Assembly: GCF_001194135.2 (NCBI RefSeq)
Contig: NC_068983.1
Coordinates: 99,894,897 to 99,950,565 of the forward strand
Reading direction: 5' to 3'
Source of the DNA: Octopus bimaculoides
Taxonomy: Eukaryota
Length of the DNA stretch: 55,669 nt
In this document: in pieces, positions 1-10,441 of the stretch
Layout: every line of letters starts with the position of its first letter
Numbering within the stretch: the stretch's first letter is position 1
Position numbers and translations under genes: made by a program
Notes under the pieces: model-generated
The model's input: only the letters and a program-made list of their open reading frames with translations
What the model was told of the DNA's origin: nothing
Database searches by the model: none

Positions 1-120
1 AGAAACTCTGCCAAATCAGACTGGAGCCTGGTGTTGCCATCCGGTTTCACCAGTCCTCAGTCAAATCGTCCAACCCATGCTAGCATGGAAAGCGGACGTT
101 AAACGATGATGATGATGATG

Positions 121-121
<1 letters not shown>
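1..121 (+). mobile_element. 3' end of an RTE-clade LINE (or its non-autonomous derivative) with (GAT)n tail; cut by the window edge
   Basis: Nearly identical (2 mismatches by eye) to 7938-8061, which follows RTE-type RT coding sequence. Ends in palindrome CCATGCTAGCATGG (75-88), then GGACGTTAAAC(GAT)n. Confidence 0.8.
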
Positions 122-151
<30 letters not shown>

Positions 152-1387
152 TGTAATATACTGGAGATAACAAAGGACCAAGATTTCTGGAGGTTTACTG
201 TGGTTGAGAAGACATGCCAAGCTAAATAAAATCGTTTTTGTGTGTGTGTATGTGTGTGTGTGTATTACTCCAAATACTGAAACATTATATTTAAATGCAA
301 ACAGAGAAGTTTTAGATTGTTCCAGGTACAAACTAGAAAGAAAGTTAAAGAATACTCCTATCATGGTCATATACACTTATCTAATTATTCTTGTGAAAGA
401 ATTTAATCTGTCTGCCAACAAACAACAGTAAACTACTGAATCACTGATTGTTTTCTCTTTGTTTTTTCCTGTCATCCTCTAATTAAAAAAAGCAGCCACA
501 TAAAGCTGATGAGGTGATCTACGTAGTCACCTGAGCTGGAAAAAATAGCAGTTAAATCTCATTCAGATCATACCTACTATCAACCCTTTTGATACCAACC
601 CACCTAAGACTGCCCCTGGTTCTATAATGCAAACTTACCATTTTAATGTGGTCTAAATTATATTCTTTCATCAAAAGAAAGTTATTTTATTAAATTCTTC
701 GTTATTTTAAAAATTGATTGAAACAAAAGCAGTATGTGTTAACAGAAATATGTTAACAAAAAGGTTAAGTAAGGAAGGAACAAATAAGATAATGCTTTAA
801 TTGTAATAAGAGAGTATTGTAGTTTGCTTGAAACATTGTGTATTGTTTATAAAGAATAAAAAGTTTTGAATGGTACAACAATGCACTATAATACAAAAAA
901 ATGGACTATATACTTGTTGTAATTTAGTTATCTATAGTTCGATGATATTTCTGAATACAATTCCTTCTTCAGATCTTCTTAGATGGAGTTTCTGCTATAA
1001 ACTGTTTACTAACGGCTTTTCAATTTTTTTTTTCTTTTTCCGGAAATGTCGCAATAGTGGTTTCATGTTGTACCATTCAAAACTTTTTAATTGTAATGTT
1101 GATTTAGAAAGTAGAATTAGAATATATTAGTGTAAGTTGTTTGTAATATGTTTTGATGTATTTTCTATTTAGAAACTACGTGGTTCTCATATTGAATTAT
1201 TCATTTGAAATAAAATATATTTGAGTTTGCTTCACAATGTTGTACAATCCTTAAATAATGACAATGAACTTTAGAGTAAACTCACAGAATAGAATAATTT
1301 TTAAAATAACAGGGGAATGTTACCTGGTGGGAAAATAAAACCAAGAAAATTAAATAACAGGAAACGAAATTAAGAATCTGACAAGTG

Positions 1388-1419
<32 letters not shown>

Positions 1420-1510
1420 ATTAGGAAGGGAAAGCAGGTTTTGTATGTATAAGCATATGACTACAAGGTTTGAAAATATGTAAATGGGTTCATACCTGCT
1501 CTACATCCTA

Positions 1511-2677
1511 ACAATAATAATTCTTTCTAAAAAAAAGGAACAAGGCCTGGTATTTTGAGAGAGAGGTTAGTCAATTACATTGACCCCAGTGTTTCATTGG
1601 TATTTAATTTATCGATCCTGAAAAGATAAAAGGCAAAGTTGACTGTGGTGGAATTTGAACTAAGAACGTAAGGATGGATGAAATGCCACAAAGCATTTTG
1701 CCCACCATGCTAATGATTCTGCCGGCTCTCTGCCTTCATCCTAACAACAACAACAGCAACAATAATAATCTTTTCTATTATAGGCACAGAGCCTGAAATT
1801 TTGGAGGAGGTGGGGCTAGTTGTACTTATTTTATTGAACTTGAAAGGACAAAAGGCAAAGTTAACGTTGGTGGAATTCGAACTCAGCAATTAAAGCTGGA
1901 CAAAATGTTACTAAGCATTTTGCTCAGCTTGCTAATGATTCTGCCAGCTTGCTGCCTAACAATAATAATAATAATAATAATTCTTTCTACTATAAGTACA
2001 AGGCCTGAAATTTGTGGGGAGGGGACTAGTTGATTACATCGACCCTAGTGTTTCACTGGTACTTAATTTATTGACCTTGACAGGATGAAAGGCAAAGTGG
2101 ACCTTGGAAGAATTTGAACTTAGAACGTAGCGGCAGATAAAGTACCGCTAAGCATTTCGCCTGGCGTGGTGTGTCTTACTATAGCCTCGGGTCAACCAAA
2201 GCCTTGTGAGTGGATTTGGTAGACGGAAACTGAAAGAAGCCTGTCATATATATGTGTGTGTGTTTGTGTGTCTCTGTCCCCGCAACATCGCTTGACAACC
2301 GATGCCGGTGTGTTTACGTCCCTGTAACTTAGTGGTTCGGCAAAAGAGACCGATAGAATAAGTACTAGGCTTACAAAGAATAAGTCCTGGGGTCGATTTG
2401 CTCAACTAAAGATGGTGCTCCAGCATGACTGCAGTCAAATGACTGAAACAAGTAAAAGAGTAAAAGAAAGAGCTTGCTGCCTTAATAATAATAATGATCT
2501 TTTCTACAATAGGCACAATACCTAAAATTTGGTGGGAGGAGACTAGTCGATTACATCGACCCAATGTTTCACTGGTACTCAATTTATTGACCCCTCGGTA
2601 GAATATGAACTCAGAACGTAGCGGTAGACGAAATACCACTAAGCCTGGCGTGATAATGATTCTGCCAGCTCGCTGCC

Positions 2678-2679
<2 letters not shown>
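1511..2679 (-). mobile_element. Head-to-tail chain of four tRNA-derived SINEs (family A) with (ATT)n tails
   Basis: Copies at ~1511-1735, ~1743-1957, ~1958-2482 (interrupted) and ~2483-2679. The minus strand reads a tRNA-like head (TGGCAGAATC..., GAGTTCAAATTC), a GCCTTTCATCC...GTCAATAAATTAAGTACCAG body and an (ATT)n tail. Confidence 0.85.
2169..2470 (+). mobile_element. 5'-truncated SINE (family B) nested in the head of the third family-A SINE
   Basis: ACTATAGCCTCGGGTCAACCAAAGCCTTGTGAGTGGATTTGGTAGACGGAAACTGAAAGAAGCC ... GACTGAAACAAGTAAAAGA matches fuller copies at 25374 and 39395. The family-A head resumes at 2471. Confidence 0.8.
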
Positions 2680-2710
<31 letters not shown>

Positions 2711-2713
<3 letters not shown>

Positions 2714-4517
2714 CCTTTATTGCCACCAGAGCCAAACACAAAACATAGAGGACAATACACAGATGAGGGACAGTGAGATTAAATGTGTAAACAGCAAACA
2801 AACATAATTAACAAAGAGATTAAATCAACAATATGCATCCCCAATTGGCATCCCACACTCTTTGGACCCCTTAACACCAACGGCTCCTCAAGAAGGCACC
2901 CTCTCTTCTCCCTTCCATCCAGCCTACAGGTGTACACTTAGAGTAGGCCCATTTACGTGGGCCATCCTTGCCACATTCACCCACTTTTCAACGAACTTAC
3001 TGGGTAACAGTGCCTCTCTCTACAGCCTCACTTTCCTTTTCAGGTGGAACCTGAAAAAGTCAATGAGGCCTTGGCCAAAGAGGAAGGTACCTGTCTTCAA
3101 CCCTTTCAATCGCGTCCACCACATAACTTCTTTTGTCATAGCCACCAGAAAAAGAAAAATTGCCCTCCCTTCGCGACCAAAGGAAGGAGACAGGGTGATC
3201 TTCACAATGGACTCAGACGATAGCCAAATCTGTCCTACATGTAATAATTACTCTCTGACAAAGCTCCATAAGTCAGCAATGCATGGACACTGTACAAGAG
3301 CATGCAGAATGGTTTCATCACTCCGTGTGCATCTCGGACAAGCCTGACTGACTGCACACCCATGCCTGTAGAGCTTATCTTGAACCGGCAGAGCCCCCAG
3401 TAGCACTGCCAGGCCAGGGATTTCTGGAAGTTATCCATAGTTCCCAGCCCAAAGGTCCTCTGGAAGAGACTTGCTAGTTGGTCCCCCTCAACGTCCAGGA
3501 CCTCTCCACTGACTGCATTACCCAACTGGCCAAGGGCTGTGAGCACTTGGAGACACTCTAGGTGGCAAGCACCCTACCTTGGTCTACACCTGATCCAGGA
3601 CTGTAGCTCCGTCAAGGAGACGAGCTGCAGAAAAGGGCATTCAACAAATGGCGACCACACCTGCTCACCGTTAAGGCATCGCTGGAGATGTTGCAGCCTC
3701 AGCGCATGTATGCGCATCCTCAGCCATGGCATGTCCAGTCCTCCCTGCAACAGGTGCTGACAGCAAATGGACCATCTGACAAGTGGTTCCTGTCCCCTCC
3801 TCAGGAAATGGAAGAGCAAATGCACCAGCCTGTTCAGCCACAAAGTGGGGCAAGAGATGAGTCAGGTGGTAGTATATGAAGGATGTAATGTATGCATTTA
3901 CCACCTCTGCTCGACCTTTCAGGGACAGCTTCCTCTCGGCTCATTTCCGGGTGAGACTGGCCACTCTGTCTGTCACCTTGCTCCAGTTCTTGTCCACTTG
4001 GAGATCCAGACCGAACCAGACCCCAAGCAACTTAACAGGTCCTTCCGTCCAGCATCCCATCATGCTGTCAGGTTCCAAGCTGCAGGCTCACTGACTTCTC
4101 CTAGTTGACCATTGCTCTTGTCACCACTTTGTATTCCCTTTGAGTAGTGCTGACCATCTCAATTTCCGAGATGTCCGATACCATCATGGTGACATTGTCC
4201 GCATATGCTAACACAAACCTTCCGCACCTCAGTTCATGCAGGATACCCCTCAAAACCTCCAGCTTCTGCAGTAATGGCCCAAGTGCCAGTATGTAGAGAA
4301 GGAGTGAGAGTGGGCATCCTTGATAGACTGAACATGCAATACTAAATGATTCTGGGAGGTGGCCATTTACATTGACCACAGAACAGATGTCGCTGTACAT
4401 TGCAGTGATTCAGCCTTTGAAAACAGAACCAAAACCAGCTGCCTTGAGGACAGCCTCTAAGTATATATATATCAAAAGCTTTCAATTGATCCAAATGGAT
4501 CAGGGCCCCACCCATGC
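2711..4517 (-). mobile_element. 5'-truncated, decayed Tx1-clade (L1 group) non-LTR retrotransposon (copy 1)
   Basis: Minus-strand fragments: GGALIHLDQLKAFD, SVYQGCPLS, AYADNVT (RT motifs), RIHALRLQHL and a C-terminal CPRC...H...C finger; similar to the + strand copies at 12.2-18.6 kb. 3' end has AATAAA (2716-2721) then (TAT)n. Many stops and frameshifts. Confidence 0.85.

Positions 4518-4563
<46 letters not shown>
4518..4563. repeat. (AAT)n microsatellite at the 5' junction of Tx1 copy 1
   Basis: About 15 perfect AAT units. A matching (AAT)n at 2680-2710 flanks the other end. Confidence 0.95.
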
Positions 4564-4564
<1 letters not shown>

Positions 4565-4634
4565 GACACTCTATGAAAAAATGGCAGACAGTGCTACATC
4601 TCCAAACAAAAGAGGGACTCATAAAAACCAAAGC

Positions 4635-5316
4635 NNNNNNNNNNNNNNNNNNNNNNNNNNNNNNNNNNNNNNNNNNNNNNNNNNNNNNNNNNNNNNNNNN
4701 NNNNNNNNNNNNNNNNNNNNNNNNNNNNNNNNNNNNNNNNNNNNNNNNNNNNNNNNNNNNNNNNNNNNNNNNNNNNNNNNNNNNNNNNNNNNNNNNNNNN
4801 NNNNNNNNNNNNNNNNNNNNNNNNNNNNNNNNNNNNNNNNNNNNNNNNNNNNNNNNNNNNNNNNNNNNNNNNNNNNNNNNNNNNNNNNNNNNNNNNNNNN
4901 NNNNNNNNNNNNNNNNNNNNNNNNNNNNNNNNNNNNNNNNNNNNNNNNNNNNNNNNNNNNNNNNNNNNNNNNNNNNNNNNNNNNNNNNNNNNNNNNNNNN
5001 NNNNNNNNNNNNNNNNNNNNNNNNNNNNNNNNNNNNNNNNNNNNNNNNNNNNNNNNNNNNNNNNNNNNNNNNNNNNNNNNNNNNNNNNNNNNNNNNNNNN
5101 NNNNNNNNNNNNNNNNNNNNNNNNNNNNNNNNNNNNNNNNNNNNNNNNNNNNNNNNNNNNNNNNNNNNNNNNNNNNNNNNNNNNNNNNNNNNNNNNNNNN
5201 NNNNNNNNNNNNNNNNNNNNNNNNNNNNNNNNNNNNNNNNNNNNNNNNNNNNNNNNNNNNNNNNNNNNNNNNNNNNNNNNNNNNNNNNNNNNNNNNNNNN
5301 NNNNNNNNNNNNNNNN
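4635..5316. other. Assembly gap; further gaps at 7381-7776, 14596-15145, 17230-17397, 29374-29473, 40048-40984, 44433-44550, 48858-49209 and 51616-51866
   Basis: N-runs. The long X-filled ORFs in the supplied track are artefacts of these gaps. Confidence 0.99.
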
Positions 5317-6439
5317 AAGTGTTATCATGTACATTGTTTTGTCTTGATATAAAAGATGAGCTACAGCAAATATTCTGCTCAATACCACAGATTTGCTTGT
5401 CAGTTGTTTGACCTTAACGAGTTGAGCATGTCCCTTAGTGGCTGACGATATGTGCATCTCTGATCATGAGCAGAAGTAGTGGGGGAACATCATAGCCATG
5501 TGTTGAGAGGAATTCTTTGGGATTTAGATAATTCACCTTTGGAAACATGGGTGTTTTGTTCAACATCCTTAAAAAACCCTTCTGAGCAGGATGGGCTACT
5601 CAATCTGAAGAAAATTCTAACTGGGCCCCATATGCAAGGTCATGCACTGCTTATCTTGATTTGAGATCACCATGTCTTCTGCAGTGGTAACAGGGACAGT
5701 TTTCTCTATGAAGGCCTTTTTTAGTCTATCCACTGATTTAGTGTCTTTACAACCATTAAGGTCTATAGTGAAAAATGTATCCGTGCACGAAAGAAAATGG
5801 AAAGGACCTGCATACAGTGCTGCTAAAAGAAGTTTAACAACATTATTGTACACAAAAACATGAGTTCATGAAGTAAAGCTTCCTTCAAGACAGAGCTAGA
5901 AATGCAATTGTCAAGTAAGTAAGAGGTTTTAAACAGGAGTGATATATTCAAAATTGGTAAAACTAACAATTGTTGAGGATAAATTAAATTTATTATTGCT
6001 ACTGAATATGTTAGTGTTATTTAATTTCTGAACAGTTTTGCTGCCGTTTGTTTATGTAGTTTGATTTCTTTATCCATCAGTTTCTACTAAGATAGAGATG
6101 CAAGTAAAATTAATAATAGAGAAACAAGAATAAAACTTTGGATACAGCAACACCACTATAACTTACGTGGATGCTTTCATGCACATGCTTTCAAGGGAGA
6201 TAATCAGAGAAAGACTTGAAAGTCAATGTAACATCATAATATTTCATGTAAAGTAAAGTAAATATAACAAATAATCCAGAATCCTTGTCTGGTACCAGAT
6301 CGATCCCAAAACCTAATCAGTTTGTACCAGTCACAAGGCCAAACATCCTTGGAAGTTATATCCAAATCCATCCAGTGGTTCTTCACATATCTTATCCATA
6401 AACTGAAAATAATACCTCCACCTTCGATAAGGCGGAGGT

Positions 6440-6650
6440 AATAATAATTGTTTCTGGTTTTTGCATGAGGCCAGCAATTTTAGGGGAAGGGGTATATTAA
6501 TTACATTGGCTCTAGTACTTGCCTGGTACCTTATTTTATCAATTCTAACAGATGAAAGGCAAAGTCAATCTTGTCAGTATTTGAACTCAGAGTGTAAAGC
6601 CAGAAGAAATGCTACTAAGCATTTTGTCTGGCACAGTAACAATTGTGCCA
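6440..6650 (-). mobile_element. Diverged family-A SINE
   Basis: GATGAAAGGCAAAGTCAA...ATTTGAACTCAGAGTGTAAAG...CTAAGCATTTTG matches the 1.5-2.7 kb copies, with an AAT tail at ~6440. Confidence 0.75.
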
Positions 6651-6772
6651 GAGGAGGAGGAAGAGGAAGAAGAAAAAGAGGGGATGGGGAGGGGGAAGAA
6701 GAAGAAGAGGAGGAGGGGGAGAAGAAGAGGAGGGGAAGAAGGGGAGGAGGAGGGGAAGAAGAAGAAGAAAGA
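6650..6772. repeat. Near-pure polypurine (GAA/GAG/GGG) low-complexity tract
   Basis: About 120 nt of almost only G/A. It explains the E/K/R/G-rich spurious ORFs here. Confidence 0.95.
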
Positions 6773-7127
6773 GTTTATTGTATTCTGTACTCAGGTGCAC
6801 TACAACTCACCAGAAAATGTTAAACGTGTTGACTGGGAGAAGACATATAGGTCAAATAAAGAATGGCAGCAGTGAAAACTAGAAGTGTATGCACAGAACA
6901 TACAATTAAGCACAAAAAGACAGAAAAATTAACATTACAAATGTCATAAAGAGAAAAAGATGCTTATGCACAACAGATGTGTTGGTGCAATTGGAGAAGC
7001 ATGGAATTCTTGAAGGATTCAGCTAACAACTGATGCAGGTAATTTATTCCATACTTGGACAATTCCACATGAGAAAAACTGTTTCTAAAAGTCATGGGCG
7101 CTGTACTGCTTTTGGATTTTATAAGCA

Positions 7128-8061
7128 CGTCCAAACAACTTCTATCTCATTCCAGGGAGAAAAACTAGAGGTAGTCGATAGCTTCTGCTATCTGGGTGAC
7201 CAAGTTAGTAGTAGGGGTGGGTGCGCTGAAAGTGTAGCTGCTAGAATAAGAATAGCCTGGGCAAAGTTTAGAGAGCTCTTACCTCTGCTGGCGACAAAGG
7301 GACTCTCACTCAGAGTAAAAGGCAGACTGTATGACGCATGTGTACGAACAGCCATGCTACATGGCAGTGAAACATGGGCTNNNNNNNNNNNNNNNNNNNN
7401 NNNNNNNNNNNNNNNNNNNNNNNNNNNNNNNNNNNNNNNNNNNNNNNNNNNNNNNNNNNNNNNNNNNNNNNNNNNNNNNNNNNNNNNNNNNNNNNNNNNN
7501 NNNNNNNNNNNNNNNNNNNNNNNNNNNNNNNNNNNNNNNNNNNNNNNNNNNNNNNNNNNNNNNNNNNNNNNNNNNNNNNNNNNNNNNNNNNNNNNNNNNN
7601 NNNNNNNNNNNNNNNNNNNNNNNNNNNNNNNNNNNNNNNNNNNNNNNNNNNNNNNNNNNNNNNNNNNNNNNNNNNNNNNNNNNNNNNNNNNNNNNNNNNN
7701 NNNNNNNNNNNNNNNNNNNNNNNNNNNNNNNNNNNNNNNNNNNNNNNNNNNNNNNNNNNNNNNNNNNNNNNNNNNNGGGTTTTCAAGCGAGATCGTTGCC
7801 AGTGCCCCTGGACTGGCTCTTGTGCGGGTGGCACATAATAGACACCATTTCGAGCGTGACCGTTTTTGTGTGGGTGACACGTAAAAGCACCCACTACACT
7901 CTCTGAGTGGTTGGCGTTAGGAAGGGCATCCAACTGTAGAAACTCTGCCAAATTAGATTGGAGCCTGGTGTTGCCATCCGGTTTCACCAGTCCTCAGTCA
8001 AATCGTCCAACCCATGCTAGCATGGAAAGCGGACGTTAAACGATGATGATGATGATGATGA
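7128..8061 (+). mobile_element. 5'-truncated RTE-clade LINE: RT C-terminus, gap, 3' UTR and (GAT)n tail
   Basis: LEVVDSFCYLGDQV...ARIRIAWAKFRELLPLL...KGRLYDACVRTAMLHGSETWA is a typical RTE post-RT region. The 3' UTR matches 1-121. Confidence 0.85.
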
Positions 8062-9794
8062 GTGGTAGAGGTATTGAATTCAAAAAAGGGTGGCCAAAGT
8101 TGTCGAAGAGATGAGAAATAACCTTATGGAATTCAACCAAATCACCTCCTAGATGTTGAAATTTAGTGTGTCAAAACTGAGAGAAGCAATATATTTAAGA
8201 TATGATAAGTGATTGACAGTGTGTCTTCATCTAATTGCACATCTCTGAACAACTTCCAGTTAATCAATATACTTGACAAGATGAAGGTTCGAAACAGAAG
8301 ATGCAAACTGCAATTGTGGACGTACTATAGTTATACATAGCTTTAAATAGATAGCTGGTTTTTGCCAAATTTAGAAATTTGATTCATTCAAAACAGGTCA
8401 TTGTTGACAATAATGCTTAAGTCACGTTCACAAGCAGACTTCTTGATGTTGGTGTTGTGTGGGGAGTAGGTAAATTCTGAGTTTTTTCCTCCCAAAATGA
8501 ATTGTGGTGCACTTGTTTACAGCCAGCTTGTGTTACCAGTCAGTAATCCCTTGTTACATTGTATCCAGGTCAAACTTCAGGAAAGATCTCATGATCTGTT
8601 CTTATAATCTGAAAATATAGCTTAATGTCATTTCTGTAACTTGCTTCAGGGGAGACATAGTTGCTTATATGTTTGAGGTAAATTCAACAGATGTTATGGA
8701 ATTTAATGTCAATAGCAGTGAAGATGGTATGTCTGGCATAGTATTTGGCAACAAATTTTGTGCACTCTTTGAGATCATCAGTAATTTAATGCATGAAGAG
8801 ACTGCAAAGAGAGCCACCTACAGAATGAAGCCTCTGTTTTGAATGCACATATTTCTAGAACACATTATTCTCTGGGTTTGTTGCAATGCATGGCTCAAAT
8901 TTAAGTAGTGTCTTTTTTAGTCTTCTGCTTGATATGGTTGGATGCTCTGTTGCGCCTTCTATTATCCTTTGTTTGGCATAATCTGAAATCACATACAGCA
9001 TCTTATCATTTTTTCTTGGTAAGACAGACTATTGCAGTCCCTCATATAGCACTATTGGGGTTTACAGGCTACTGATACTTTGTAGATGGCCTAAAGTAAT
9101 TAAAGATGTGCTGATGTAAGGATGTATTGACATCTTTGCAATCAGAAAATCCAAGCCTGTTTGTATGTCTGTAATTCACTACAATAAGAGTTCTAGTCAG
9201 ATTTGTTTCAGCCAAAGCAGGCAGTTTGGAGGTGGTGGTGGTGGTGGTGATAGTGATGGTGATGGTGATAGTTTCCTTTCTGCCTACTATAGACAGTGCT
9301 GATCATAGTGTAATCAGTCACCAAAAGGTTCCCTGTTAGTAATGCTGATAACAGTTTCAGGAACAATGGTGAATAACAGATCCAAAGGGTTACTATTTGT
9401 GAAGGAGGGGAGTACTTGGATCTAGTTTGAATCCAGAACAAAGTCAAGGAATTCATTTGCACTTTGTCACCAGTGAAAGTTTCCCAATCAATCCTATGAC
9501 CATGTAGTTACATATTATATGAATTCAACCGCTTCAGTCTACTACTTAATTGTAGTATTGTACTAAAAGTAAGAGAGAAAGAGAAGAAACAGAATTGATA
9601 GACAAAACAGTGAGAGATTTGTGGTTAAATAAAATTGTTTTCATGGATTTACATTGATGTTGTTTGGTGTAAGCATTATTTACTACATATGTGTAGTGAA
9701 TACAGTATTTTCTACATCTTGTAGATATATTGAATTTAATTGTGTTCAATGGAGTCTGTCGATGAATATTTTACTTGTTTCAGAGATTAGACTG

Positions 9795-10160
9795 TGGCCA
9801 TGCTGAGGCATCATTTTGTAGGATTTTTAATTGAATGAACGATCCCAGTACTTTTTTATTTTTAAGCCTTGTACTTATTCCATTGTCTCTTTTGCCAAAT
9901 GCTGAACCGCTAATTTATGGGGACGTAAACACACCAACACTGGTTGTCAAGCAGTGGTGGGAGACAAACAGACTCAAAGATACAAACATATAGATATATA
10001 TATGACAGGCTTCTTTCAGTTTCCGTCTACCAAATCCATTCACAAGGCTTTAATTGGTTTGAGGCTATAGAAGACACTTGCCTATGGTGCCATGCAGTAG
10101 GACTGAACCTGGAACATGTGGTTGGGAAACAAACTTCTTACTACACAGCCATACCTGTGC
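9795..10160 (-). mobile_element. Family-B SINE, minus strand
   Basis: Reverse complement of the family-B head and body (TTTCAGTTTCCGTCTACCAAATCCATTCACAAGGCTTT...GGACTGAACC). Confidence 0.75.
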
Positions 10161-10204
10161 CAGTATATTTATTTTTTTAGTCTTTGTCTACTAATTATAA
10201 ATTA

Positions 10205-10245
<41 letters not shown>

Positions 10246-10304
10246 ACTGTCCAAAATCTGTTATTAATTTCTAATATTCGGCGAGAACTGGTCTGGCCAC
10301 AGAG

Positions 10305-10441
10305 TAATATTACCTTGCTTGGATACAGGCAAGGGATGGCAACAGGAAGCGTGTTCGGCCGTAGAACATTTGCCTCAGATAAAGTCCTTCTGATCCATGC
10401 AAGCATGGAAAAGTGGACGTTAACTGATGATGATGATGATA
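10305..10441 (+). mobile_element. 3' part of a non-autonomous (GAT)n-tailed element (family D) with an RTE-like terminus; minus-strand relatives at ~19215-19420 and ~32200-32330
   Basis: TCCATGCAAGCATGGAAAAGTGGACGTTAACT(GAT)n resembles the RTE end, but the upstream body differs. Confidence 0.6.

Noticed and set aside
505-540. CTGATGA followed by hairpin GGTGA...TCACC, resembling a second hammerhead
   Set aside because: No GAAA after the stem (TGAGC instead), and no stem I or III. It lies in a diverged repeat that also occurs near 29925.
4372-5457. Long ORFs over N-runs (also ~7.0-8.0, 14.4-15.3, 40.0-41.1, 48.7-49.3 and 51.5-52.0 kb)
   Set aside because: Their length comes from translated Ns. 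Only the flanking RTE and Tx1 fragments are real coding remnants.
6461-6882. E/K/R/G-rich ORFs of 61-120 aa
   Set aside because: Translations of a SINE plus a polypurine tract.
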